Source of the DNA: an uncultured bacterium
GTDB lineage: Bacteria; Oederibacteriota; PGYV01; CAWJRG01
Length of the DNA: 64,000 nucleotides
Reading direction: 5' to 3'
NCBI GenBank assembly: GCA_963845185.1
Contig: CAWJRG010000010.1
Coordinates: forward strand, 263,832-327,831
Positions within the stretch are counted from its first letter, which is position 1; each line of letters starts with the position of its first letter. A program made the translations under genes and the position numbers. Positions 8,062 to 16,421 of this stretch are shown piece after piece. The notes below the pieces were generated by a model. The model saw only the letters and a list, made by a program, of their open reading frames with translations. It made no database searches and was not told the DNA's origin.

Positions 8062-9176
8062 CAGACTGCCGCTTTAATTATTTTCATTACTTTTTCTTTG
8101 TCCATTTCCACCGGGTTATAAGCCATTGAGCCTGTGTAAATTGTCTTTTCCATAATCTCCTGAATCTTTTCTTTGATATTTTTGTCTATGCCCGTTAATT
8201 TCAGCGGGATTCCCATTTTCCTGTTCAGGCTTCTTACACCTTTGATAATGTTAAACTCGAGTATCTTATTCAATTTATTGAATTCTTTTCTGCGCTGCCT
8301 TGAGTTGAATTCAAGTACATGAGGCATAAGCACAGCGTTTACAAGGCCGTGCGGTACTTTAAGTACTGCTCCGATCGGGTGCCCAATACCATGTATCGCG
8401 CCCAATCCTGCGTTTGCGAAAGCCATGCCTGCTGTAAGGCTTGCCAAAAGCATATCATAGCGTGCTTTCCTGTTATTGCCGCTTTTATATGCTTTATAAA
8501 TGCTCAGGAATACAGTCTCGATTGCCTTTACGGACAAGGCCCTTGTGCATTCGTTAGCCGATTTGGAAAAATACGACTCGGCTGCGTGGCTTAAGGCATC
8601 CATGCCGCTGTATGCTGTTATTTTTGGCGGCATTGTGAGGGTCAATTCGGGGTCAGCTATAACAGCGTCTGATATCAGCGAATCTCCCCTTAAGCTTATT
8701 TTAATGCCTTTTAATGTATAAGTCAAAACCGCATTTTTGGTTGTTTCTGAACCCGAGCCCGCGGTTGTTGGTATGGCTATAAAATAGGCGCCTTTCTGAA
8801 TTACCTTTGCCTTCTCGTCAAGAAAATCCTTTACGCTTAAATTGTGCCTGAATATGCCTGCCGCGGCTTTTGCGCAGTCAAGCGCGCTGCCGCCGCCCAT
8901 GCCTATTATGCAGTCTATATTGTTTTGCCTGGCATAAGAAGCGCAGTAATCAACCGTTTCCACTGAAACTTCAGGCTCAACCCTGTCAAATATAAATATT
9001 TTTTTTTGCAGGCCGTTTAATATATTTAAGACGCTGTTTAAAACCCCTGATTTTTTTGCTGAATTTTTGCCTGTAACGACAAGGATATTCTCCCCTTTTA
9101 CCAGCCCGCCCAGTTTTCCCATGCTGCCGTACCCAAAAAATATCTTCGGAGGGAAAACCATGCTGAATTCCTTCAT
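8061..9176 (-). CDS. iron-containing alcohol dehydrogenase family protein
   Basis: It has the GGGSALDCAKA motif and His-rich metal-site motifs (HGIGHPIG). I chose the start at the internal ATG at 9176 (MKEFSMVFPPKIFFGYG), which forms an ATGA overlap with the upstream stop. The longer ORF-track start at 9320 would overlap the Memo-like gene. Confidence 0.88.
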   Translation of the reverse strand: MKEFSMVFPPKIFFGYGSMGKLGGLVKGENILVVTGKNSAKKSGVLNSVLNILNGLQKKIFIFDRVEPEVSVETVDYCASYARQNNIDCIIGMGGGSALDCAKAAAGIFRHNLSVKDFLDEKAKVIQKGAYFIAIPTTAGSGSETTKNAVLTYTLKGIKISLRGDSLISDAVIADPELTLTMPPKITAYSGMDALSHAAESYFSKSANECTRALSVKAIETVFLSIYKAYKSGNNRKARYDMLLASLTAGMAFANAGLGAIHGIGHPIGAVLKVPHGLVNAVLMPHVLEFNSRQRRKEFNKLNKILEFNIIKGVRSLNRKMGIPLKLTGIDKNIKEKIQEIMEKTIYTGSMAYNPVEMDKEKVMKIIKAAV

Positions 9177-9970
9177 ATAATAACTGCCCCGCCGTAACCA
9201 ACAACCTGGCTGTAATCCCCGCTCGCATCCCCGGAATTCATATATCTGATTATCCTTCCTTCTTTTGCTCCAAGGAGTTTGCACGCATGCAGAAGTACAA
9301 AAGTAGGCATCCATCCGCACATTGATATGTCATGTTCCTGAACAGCCTCGACCAGGGCGTTTTCGTCCATTTTCTCTATGGCAGAAAGTACAAAAGAATC
9401 TTTTGTATGCGCTGTTTTTGAATCCTCATAATGGGTCAGGTCGGTTGACGAAATAAGCAGCACATCCCTGTCTTTAATGCTTTCGCTTATCGCCCTTGCT
9501 GTTTCTTTCAGGTGCTCTATATTGTAATCCCTGAATATGATTGGAACAAAGGTAAAATTTTTCTTGATTTCCTGCAAAAAGGGCAGCTGCACTTCAATTG
9601 AATGCTCCCTTATATGCGCCGAAGTGTCCTTTAGCGCGTTATCTGAATTTTTTAATATGTCGTTTGCCAGCGGCTGGTTTATTTTGACATCGCCGAGCGG
9701 CGTCCTCCATACTCCTTCGTTCATGATTGAAATCGCCGGCCCCATGCCCGTATGGTTCGGCCCCATTATTATTGCTATGTCCGGTATGTTTATTGACGAA
9801 TACACTTCGCCCGCCACTTTCCCGGAATAAATATATCCTGCGTGTGGCACGACAATACCTTTAACGTCGAGCTTTTTTTCTTTTTCTACGATGTATTTAT
9901 TGACATGCTTTTTCAGGGCATAAGCATCTGCCTCGTAAAACATTCCTGCGACAGCAGGGTCCCTTAGCAT
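9173..9970 (-). CDS. Memo-like protein (AmmeMemoRadiSam system protein B family)
   Basis: It starts MLRDPAVAGMFYEAD and contains GIVVPHAGYIYSG, typical of the MEMO1 family. The start is moved to the ATG at 9970, which has AAGGAG at 9977..9982. The ORF-track start at 10021 lies inside repeat copy C. Confidence 0.85.
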   Translation of the reverse strand: MLRDPAVAGMFYEADAYALKKHVNKYIVEKEKKLDVKGIVVPHAGYIYSGKVAGEVYSSINIPDIAIIMGPNHTGMGPAISIMNEGVWRTPLGDVKINQPLANDILKNSDNALKDTSAHIREHSIEVQLPFLQEIKKNFTFVPIIFRDYNIEHLKETARAISESIKDRDVLLISSTDLTHYEDSKTAHTKDSFVLSAIEKMDENALVEAVQEHDISMCGWMPTFVLLHACKLLGAKEGRIIRYMNSGDASGDYSQVVGYGGAVII

Positions 9971-9984
9971 TTTAAACTCCTTAC

Positions 9985-10082
9985 GATAGCTTTTGTTTTG
10001 TCCAGCCGAAGGCGCCGGCAAAACATTACGCTATCTTGTACCCGCTCCAGTCCGAAGCCTACAGGCCGAGGACAAGCGGTGC
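9985..10082. repeat. structured intergenic repeat, copy C
   Basis: P1 is GATAGCtttTGTTTTG / CAAAACAttacGCTATC. P2 is GTACC / GGTGC. The loop is CGCTCCA / AAGC. P3 is GTCC-GA-AGCC-taca-GGCC-GA-GGAC. It ends 2 nt from the SD. Confidence 0.75.
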
Positions 10083-10116
10083 TACAATATCGTTTTGACT
10101 TTTTTTATCCTAAAGC

Positions 10117-10145
10117 ATTTTACTCAATTTTCCTACTTGTGTCAA
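10117..10145 (-). promoter_or_regulatory. sigma70-type promoter driving repeat copy C and the Memo-like operon
   Basis: Minus strand: TTGACA (10145..10140), a 17-nt spacer, then TAAAAT (10122..10117). It lies about 35 nt upstream of copy C. Confidence 0.5.
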
Positions 10146-10199
10146 TCGGCTAGGCAGTTTCTAAAACTACTTGTCCCAATATGTCTTTTCTAATTTAGA

Positions 10200-12122
10200 C
10201 TATTGATTAAAAAATTCTTTTACGTCATCAATATTGCGGGTAATATTTACTTCCGGCAAAGCTGCGATAAATTCCCTGCCATAAGATTTTGTCGTTATCC
10301 TTTTATCAAGAATCATCACAACCCCGGTATCTTCCTTTGACCTTATAAGCCTTCCAAATCCCTGTTTCAGCATAAAAATGGCTCTTGGAAGCGAATACTC
10401 CCGGAAAGCGTCGTCTCCCCTATCTTCGATATACCGGTGTATTGCCTTTTGCAAAGGGTGCTCGGGCATCTCAAAAGGCAGGCGCGTAATAACCACACAT
10501 TTCAAAATATTCCCGCTTATATCTATGCCCTGCCAGAATGTGTTTGTCGCGAACAGCACGGATCGCCTGTTTTTAAAATTCGCAATAAGCTCGTTCGGGT
10601 TCAGTTCTCCCTGCATCATAAATTCCCTGTCCCTGTTTTCCCTTTTCAGGGTTTTATAGGTTTTTTTCATGAACTCGGTATTTGTGAAAAGTATTAACAT
10701 GTTGCCTGATACCGTACCGATTATATCCGCCAGCTTATTTGCCAGGCTTTCCGAATAATTGCTGTCCTGCGGCGAGGCTATGTCGCTTTCAAGGTATAAA
10801 AGCGCCTGCTTTTTGTAATCAAACGGCGATTTCAGGAGCTTTGTCCGTGGGCCTGAAAACCCAAGCTGTTTTATTATATAATCAAAATCCTTTCCCGTCG
10901 AAAGCGTTGCCGAAGTAAAAATAGTGCTGTCGTAATTATCCAGCACCGTAGCAGCGAATATTTTATCAATCCTGTAAGGAGTAATATAAAACACCGCGTT
11001 GTCTTTGCCCTCCATGGCGACCCAGTAAAAAAACTCCTCTTCATCGCGCTCTTGCCAGTGCTCCATGGTGCTTATGTATTCGTTGCACCTTGAAAGCAGG
11101 AACTCATAGTACTTTTTTAAATCCTCATTCCTTCCGGTTTCATACGCTATTGATTCAGCCAGCTCGAACAGGGTGTCTTTAAGCCTGGTGTGGATGTCTA
11201 TTTTATCCTTAAAAGGGAAATCAATAAGCACTGCTTCTTTTTCGTAAAGCCTTAATTCTGGGTTATTGTAAACAGCTTTGCTAAATTCCGTAAAATCCTT
11301 CCGCGCGGATATCAGGTGGCTGTGCAGGTTGCTGTATGTTTTTTTAGTGAGCCTGTCTTTTTGCCTTAAAAATTCCTCAAGCTCGGATATTAATTTCAAA
11401 TATCCCTGCGTTGAAAAACGCCTGCTAAGCATGTCCCTGGCCACGTCTTCCACCCTGTGGCCCTCGTCAAAAAGCGCTATTGAGGAAGCCGGCAGGATCT
11501 TGTTGTCCACAGCCATGTCGCTGAAAAAAAGATGGTGATTTATGACTATAATATGCGCTTTTGTGAGTTTCCTTTTCATCTTGAAATAATAGCATTTAAA
11601 AAAATCCTCGCAACTTTCGTCCCTGCACAGTTCCGGCATCCTGTTTACTTCGCTCCATGCCTCGTCCGGTATATGAAACCTGCTGTTCCCGCGCAGTCCT
11701 GCCCCGTCCTTTAAAAACTCGAGCATTTCGTTGATTGAGTTTGTATTCATAAAAAGCGTGCCTTTATTTTTAAATTCAGCAGCCCTACGCATGCACATGT
11801 AATTTTCCGCGCCAAAAGCCACCTCGTACTTGAGCTCGGGGAATATTTTTTTAATGACAGGAAGGTCTTTTTTGTATATTTGCTGCTGCAGGGCCTTGGT
11901 ATAGGTTGAAACAAAAACCTTTTTCTTGTTTGTTATTGCGTATTCCGCCAGCGGCATGAGATAGGCAAAAGTTTTCCCTATGCCCGTGCCTGCTTCTATT
12001 ATAAGGTTGCCCTTGCCGTTATTTATTGTTTCTTTTATTATCTCGGCCATCATGACCTGCTGTAATCTTTCCTCGTAATTTTCTATGTGAAGGGGCAGCT
12101 CTTTTTCAAAATATTTCTTCAT
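10200..12122 (-). CDS. dinG: DinG/XPD-family ATP-dependent DNA helicase
   Basis: It has Walker A AGTGIGKT, a DEGH box (LFDEGHRVED), and a Cys cluster (CMRR..C..C..C) consistent with an XPD-type Fe-S domain. The start is set at the ATG at 12122, which has an AAGAGG SD. The ORF-track start at 12146 lacks an SD. Confidence 0.85.
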   Translation of the reverse strand: MKKYFEKELPLHIENYEERLQQVMMAEIIKETINNGKGNLIIEAGTGIGKTFAYLMPLAEYAITNKKKVFVSTYTKALQQQIYKKDLPVIKKIFPELKYEVAFGAENYMCMRRAAEFKNKGTLFMNTNSINEMLEFLKDGAGLRGNSRFHIPDEAWSEVNRMPELCRDESCEDFFKCYYFKMKRKLTKAHIIVINHHLFFSDMAVDNKILPASSIALFDEGHRVEDVARDMLSRRFSTQGYLKLISELEEFLRQKDRLTKKTYSNLHSHLISARKDFTEFSKAVYNNPELRLYEKEAVLIDFPFKDKIDIHTRLKDTLFELAESIAYETGRNEDLKKYYEFLLSRCNEYISTMEHWQERDEEEFFYWVAMEGKDNAVFYITPYRIDKIFAATVLDNYDSTIFTSATLSTGKDFDYIIKQLGFSGPRTKLLKSPFDYKKQALLYLESDIASPQDSNYSESLANKLADIIGTVSGNMLILFTNTEFMKKTYKTLKRENRDREFMMQGELNPNELIANFKNRRSVLFATNTFWQGIDISGNILKCVVITRLPFEMPEHPLQKAIHRYIEDRGDDAFREYSLPRAIFMLKQGFGRLIRSKEDTGVVMILDKRITTKSYGREFIAALPEVNITRNIDDVKEFFNQ

Positions 12123-12204
12123 TAAATACCTCTTATAGCTTGGCATATAGAAAGGCTTAATTCATCCCCCAACCGGATTTGGGTATTTCTTCCCGGATTA
12201 AATC

Positions 12205-12927
12205 CTACCAGTTCTTTTCGTTATTATTCTGTTTCGGCTGGTTAAGGTTTCCGTTCATTCTTCTTTCCATGTACTGCATTATTTGCTCGGGGCTCATGTT
12301 GAATAAATCAGGCATGTCCTGGTTCATAGCTTTCTGCTGCTGCTGTTTTTGCTGGCTTAAATACCCCTTAACCTGTTTTTCCTGGTTTTTCATCGCGTTA
12401 AGCATAGCCTGAATCTCATCGTCTGACATGTTTGGCCTTGGTTTAGCCGCTTGCTGTTGTTGGCCTTGTTGGCCATTGCCTGCCTGCTGCTGTTGGCTCT
12501 GGCCGTTTTGCTTATTTTGTTGCGCCTGATTTTGCTGGCCCTTCTGCCCCCGGCTTTGCTGTCCCTGCCCCTGCTTGTTTTGCTGATTCTGGTTTTGATT
12601 ATTTGGGGGGGTTTTCTGCTGTTCCTCAAGTTTTCTTTTTGTCACATCTATATTAAATTGCGTGTCCTCATCATCTGGCTTTAATTTTAATGCATAATTA
12701 TATGCTGCAAGCGCCTTATCATACTGCTCTGTCCTGAAAAAAGCGTTCCCCAGGTTATAAAATCCCTCAAACCTGTCCGGATTTTTATTTACAAAATCCG
12801 AATATTCCTTTAACGCATCCTGGTATTGGCCCTTTAAATATGATTCATTGCCATTTTTAAACTGGTTGTCTGCTTGCGCGATTATCGGAAGCAAAAACAT
12901 ACAGGTTAATATAAGCATCTTCTTCAT
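12205..12927 (-). CDS. secreted TPR protein with a long Q/N-rich low-complexity region (BatC-like)
   Basis: 240 aa. It has a signal peptide (MKKMLILTCMFLLPIIAQA) and two or three TPRs. Roughly 90 aa follow of the Q/N/G-rich type NQNQNQQNKQGQGQQSRGQKGQQNQAQQ. Confidence 0.75.
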   Translation of the reverse strand: MKKMLILTCMFLLPIIAQADNQFKNGNESYLKGQYQDALKEYSDFVNKNPDRFEGFYNLGNAFFRTEQYDKALAAYNYALKLKPDDEDTQFNIDVTKRKLEEQQKTPPNNQNQNQQNKQGQGQQSRGQKGQQNQAQQNKQNGQSQQQQAGNGQQGQQQQAAKPRPNMSDDEIQAMLNAMKNQEKQVKGYLSQQKQQQQKAMNQDMPDLFNMSPEQIMQYMERRMNGNLNQPKQNNNEKNW

Positions 12928-12957
12928 TTCAAAACCTCTTGATAAAATATTTGCTAT

Positions 12958-12986
12958 ATTGTATCAACAGTTTTTTATAAAATCAA
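12958..12986 (-). promoter_or_regulatory. sigma70-type promoter of the TPR gene
   Basis: Minus strand: TTGATT (12986..12981), a 17-nt spacer, then TACAAT (12963..12958). The -10 ends about 30 nt upstream of the ATG at 12927. Confidence 0.5.
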
Positions 12987-12997
12987 GTATATCCCCG

Positions 12998-13035
12998 CCC
13001 ATTTCCCGGGTCCCTAATCCCATTTCTCGGATCCC
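12998..13035. promoter_or_regulatory. two 17-nt direct repeats spaced 21 nt, just upstream of the -35 (candidate regulator binding site)
   Basis: CCCATTTCCCGGGTCCC lies at 12998..13014 and CCCATTTCTCGGATCCC at 13019..13035. They match at 15 of 17 positions and are spaced two helical turns apart. Confidence 0.4.
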
Positions 13036-13044
13036 GTATTCAAA

Positions 13045-14187
13045 TCATTCCACTGTTTTTCTGAACTGTTTAATAGCTATTGAAAAAACTATTATTCCAA
13101 ACGCGAACAATGCAAATGTCTGCGGCAGCAGTTCAATAAAAGTCATGTCCTTGAGAAAAATTCCCCTGACTATTATCAGATAATACCTCATTGGTATGAT
13201 GTAAGTAAGCAACTGTATCGCCTCAGGCATGTTCTTTATCGGGAATATGAACCCCGACAAAAGCATCTGCGGCAGCATGAAGAATATCGCCGACAGCATT
13301 GCCTGCTGCTGCGTAGTCAATATCGTCAATATCAGTATGCCTAACCCCAGGTTTGTAAGTATCACAAAAAACGAGAGCGCGAGCAGCAGCAAAAAACTTC
13401 CCTTAAAAGATATATGGAAAAGCAGCAGGCTTATTACCACTATAGTAATTATGTCCACAAAAGAGATAAAAATATATGGGATTATTTTTCCGGCTATTAT
13501 CTGCCACGGTTTTATGGGGCTTACCAGCATCTGCTCTATGTTCCCTGACTCCTTTTCCCTGACAAGCGCGAGCGCAGTGATCACCATGGTGACCACTGCG
13601 AGTATCAGTGCCAATACTCCCGGGACCATGTCGTACGCACTCAGCAGCTCGGGGTTGTACCAGGCGCGCTCTTCCATGACCACGGACGGCAGCGCACCTA
13701 CTATATTGTGCATTGCGGTTATTTTATCCGCGAAAATTTCGTTTGAAAACGCCATTATTATCTGTATTGCCCTTGTCATGCTTATCCCGCCGGAATTTGA
13801 GTCTGTGCCGTCCACTATTACCTGCACCGGCGACCTTTTGCCTTTTTTAATGTTCTCCTCGAAACGCTGCAATATCCTGATGCATATTTTCGCCTTGTTA
13901 CCGCCTATGGCTCTTTGTATGTCTTCTGGCGTCCGCGTAAAACCCGTAACCCGAAAATATTCCGTATGCATAAATTTGTCAGCTAGTTTCCTGCTAAGCG
14001 CTGTGTTGTCCTCGTCGCATATCAGCGTCCTGACATGCGTCACGTCCGTGGTGGCCACGTAACCGAAAACAATTGTCATTATTATGGGGGCCACCAGCAG
14101 GAAAGCTATGAGCCTCGTCCTCCTGAGCTCAATGAATTCTTTTTCTATAATATGCCTAACCGGCCCCATCATTAATTTAATGTCCAT
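13045..14187 (-). CDS. ABC-2 type transporter permease (YbhR-like)
   Basis: 380 aa. An N-terminal TM segment and a large extracytoplasmic loop are followed by five C-terminal TM segments, the typical ABC-2 permease layout. It sits in an operon with two ATPases and an HlyD adaptor. Confidence 0.85.
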   Translation of the reverse strand: MDIKLMMGPVRHIIEKEFIELRRTRLIAFLLVAPIIMTIVFGYVATTDVTHVRTLICDEDNTALSRKLADKFMHTEYFRVTGFTRTPEDIQRAIGGNKAKICIRILQRFEENIKKGKRSPVQVIVDGTDSNSGGISMTRAIQIIMAFSNEIFADKITAMHNIVGALPSVVMEERAWYNPELLSAYDMVPGVLALILAVVTMVITALALVREKESGNIEQMLVSPIKPWQIIAGKIIPYIFISFVDIITIVVISLLLFHISFKGSFLLLLALSFFVILTNLGLGILILTILTTQQQAMLSAIFFMLPQMLLSGFIFPIKNMPEAIQLLTYIIPMRYYLIIVRGIFLKDMTFIELLPQTFALFAFGIIVFSIAIKQFRKTVE

Positions 14188-14216
14188 AATTTTCCAATCT
14201 GTAATTTATATACATT

Positions 14217-15380
14217 CTATCCGAGGTCCTTCCTGAATCTTTTCGCAGCCACAAGCATGAAAAACATGCCGAAAATAAAGAGAAAAAACGCCTCATTCCA
14301 CAATGTCAATATCCCCGTATCTGCTTTTAAAAATATTGTCCTCAGCGCCGTAATAAAATACCGCGCCGGCATGAAATATGTCACTGCCTGCAGTATCCAT
14401 GGCATCGAGTCAATCGAAAAAACAAACCCTGAAAGCAAAAATGACGGCAGCACTGTCCCGAAAGCCGTACCTACCACCGCTATCTGCTGATTTGGCGCCA
14501 CGGCTGAGATGAAAAGACCCATGCCCAGCGCGCAAAAAAGGAAAAGCAGAGTGAACAATATAAGAGTCAGGACATTTCCGCGGAAAGGCACTTTAAAAAG
14601 GAATACCCCCACCAGCACTATAAGCGCGACGTCTATAAGGCATATGAGGATGTACGGCACCAGCTTGCCCGCCATAAGTTCTATAGACTTTATCGGCGTT
14701 GCTATCAGCTGCTCAAAAGTCCCGTTTTCTTTTTCCTTGACCACGGTCAGGGACGTGAGCATGGCCGCGACAAGCATCATGATTATCGCCGAAAGCCCCG
14801 GCACTATGTAATCTGTGCTTACAAGGTCCGGATTGTACCAGACGCGCGGCACCGGCTCGACCATTGGTATGACCCTGGGGTTGAACCCGCGCTTTTGCAC
14901 CGCGTTAAGCATAATATTTTGCGAAAATGAAGCTATTATGACGTTGGCGTACCCTATTGCCACGTTTGTCGTGTTGGAGTCCGAACCGTCGCCTATTACC
15001 TGGAGCCTTACTGTCCGGTTTTTCTTTATGTCGGTTTGCAGGTCTTTCGGCAGTGTAAGAATCATTTTTATCCTGTTAAGCTTCAGCGCTTCCACGCATT
15101 TTTTCATGTCATTTTCCGTGGGATTGTAAACATCGAAATACCCGCTTGCCGTAAACTTCTGGATTATTGTCCTGCTGAGTGATGACTGGTCATAGTCCAC
15201 CACGCCAAGATCTATCTTTTTTATGTCAAAATTAACTGCGTAACTGAAAAGTGCAAGCATCGCTATCGGCGCTGCAATGACTATTCCAAGTGACCTCGCA
15301 TCCCTGATTATATGCAGGAACTCTTTTTTCATGACAGGAATTATTCTCTTGGGGTCTATTCTTCCTTTTTCGTTTGCCAT
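14217..15380 (-). CDS. ABC-2 type transporter permease (YbhS-like)
   Basis: 387 aa and paralogous in layout to the adjacent permease. Confidence 0.85.
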   Translation of the reverse strand: MANEKGRIDPKRIIPVMKKEFLHIIRDARSLGIVIAAPIAMLALFSYAVNFDIKKIDLGVVDYDQSSLSRTIIQKFTASGYFDVYNPTENDMKKCVEALKLNRIKMILTLPKDLQTDIKKNRTVRLQVIGDGSDSNTTNVAIGYANVIIASFSQNIMLNAVQKRGFNPRVIPMVEPVPRVWYNPDLVSTDYIVPGLSAIIMMLVAAMLTSLTVVKEKENGTFEQLIATPIKSIELMAGKLVPYILICLIDVALIVLVGVFLFKVPFRGNVLTLILFTLLFLFCALGMGLFISAVAPNQQIAVVGTAFGTVLPSFLLSGFVFSIDSMPWILQAVTYFMPARYFITALRTIFLKADTGILTLWNEAFFLFIFGMFFMLVAAKRFRKDLG

Positions 15381-15400
15381 AATTTCACTCCAAGCAACAG

Positions 15401-16345
15401 CTAAGTGCTGGCTTTCTCATATTGTTTTACCAGGTTCACGAACACGTCTTCCATTGTAGGGTCCACTTTTTCTGGTTCTGTGGCTTTGATGCCTGCCGGC
15501 TCAAGTATGGCTTTTATCGCCGCTGCTGTCTCCTCAACGCCGTCGGAAGGTATCACGTGGAGAAGCGCCCCATGTATGGACACTTCCCCGAGCTTTTCTT
15601 TGTTCAGTGAGAGCAGTTTGTGCGCCTCTACTGGGGTGTCGCTTTCTATCTCAAGTATAGGTTTGTTGAAAACCGCGGCTTTTATGTCGTGTATGGTGCC
15701 TTCCATTATTATTTTTCCCGAGTGCATCAGCGCTATGCGGTTGCAGTGTTCCACTTCGTCCATGTAATGCGTGGTCACAAATACCGTGGTGCCTGTAGAT
15801 GACAGCTGGGCTATTATCTCCCAGAACCTGCGGCGCAGCATTGGGTCCACGCCTGCGGTCGGCTCGTCAAGAAATAGCACTTCTGGGTGATGCGCTATGG
15901 AGCAGGCAAGCGACACCCTCTGCTTCAGCCCACCCGGCAAATCTCCGACTATCCTGTCTTCATACCCCTCAAGCCCTACTCTTTTCGCAACTTCTACAGC
16001 CCTTTCCTTTATTAAAGCGTCGTCAAGCCCGTATATTCCACCGTAAAAAGCTATATTTTCCCTAACCGTCAGCACAGGGTAAAGAGAAAACTTCTGCGAC
16101 ATGTACCCGAGCCGTTTTTTGATTTCCTCGGGCTGCTCCTTTATGCTGAACCCGGCCACGACAGCGTCACCTGACGTAGGCGCCAGCAGACCGCAAAGCA
16201 TACGTATAGTTGTGGTTTTTCCCGCGCCGTTGGCGCCCAGGAACCCGTAAATTTCTCCTTTTTTAACTTCAAAAGAAATTGAGTCCACTGCTGTGAACTT
16301 GTCGAATCTCTTTGTCAGGTCTTTTGCGCTTACCGATATTTCCAT
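15401..16345 (-). CDS. ABC transporter ATP-binding protein
   Basis: It has Walker A GANGAGKTT, the signature LPGGLKQRV, and Walker B LFLDEP. The start is set at the ATG at 16345 (MEISVSAKDL), which has a GGAGA SD. The ORF-track TTG start at 16393 is less likely. Confidence 0.9.
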   Translation of the reverse strand: MEISVSAKDLTKRFDKFTAVDSISFEVKKGEIYGFLGANGAGKTTTIRMLCGLLAPTSGDAVVAGFSIKEQPEEIKKRLGYMSQKFSLYPVLTVRENIAFYGGIYGLDDALIKERAVEVAKRVGLEGYEDRIVGDLPGGLKQRVSLACSIAHHPEVLFLDEPTAGVDPMLRRRFWEIIAQLSSTGTTVFVTTHYMDEVEHCNRIALMHSGKIIMEGTIHDIKAAVFNKPILEIESDTPVEAHKLLSLNKEKLGEVSIHGALLHVIPSDGVEETAAAIKAILEPAGIKATEPEKVDPTMEDVFVNLVKQYEKAST

Positions 16346-16421
16346 TTTTTCTCCAATTTGTTTTTTCTTTTCCTGTATTAATTTTTCAATCAAAAATCCA
16401 AAATATAAACTCTAAAATGCC

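Noticed and set aside
8997-9007. A T9 homopolymer inside the Fe-ADH coding region, and a T9 run at the 3' end of the GT39-like gene (about 6617..6625), as phase-variation switches.
   Set aside because: These are single modest tracts in an AT-rich genome. They encode Lys/Phe runs, and one affects only the last residues. There is no supporting evidence of variability from a single sequence.
9177-9320. N-terminal extension of the Fe-ADH ORF (ORF-track start at 9320).
   Set aside because: The extension overlaps the 3' end of the Memo-like gene by about 150 nt and has no ADH similarity. The internal ATG at 9176 gives the canonical N-terminus and an ATGA coupling overlap.
13229-14062. Long plus-strand ORFs antisense to real genes: 277 aa here, plus 23397..24017, 58288..58917, 1580..2086, 46318..46800 and 26329..26802.
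   Set aside because: Each lies entirely within a well-supported minus-strand gene. They have low-complexity S/L/F/I-rich translations, no SD and no recognisable motif. They are typical shadow ORFs.
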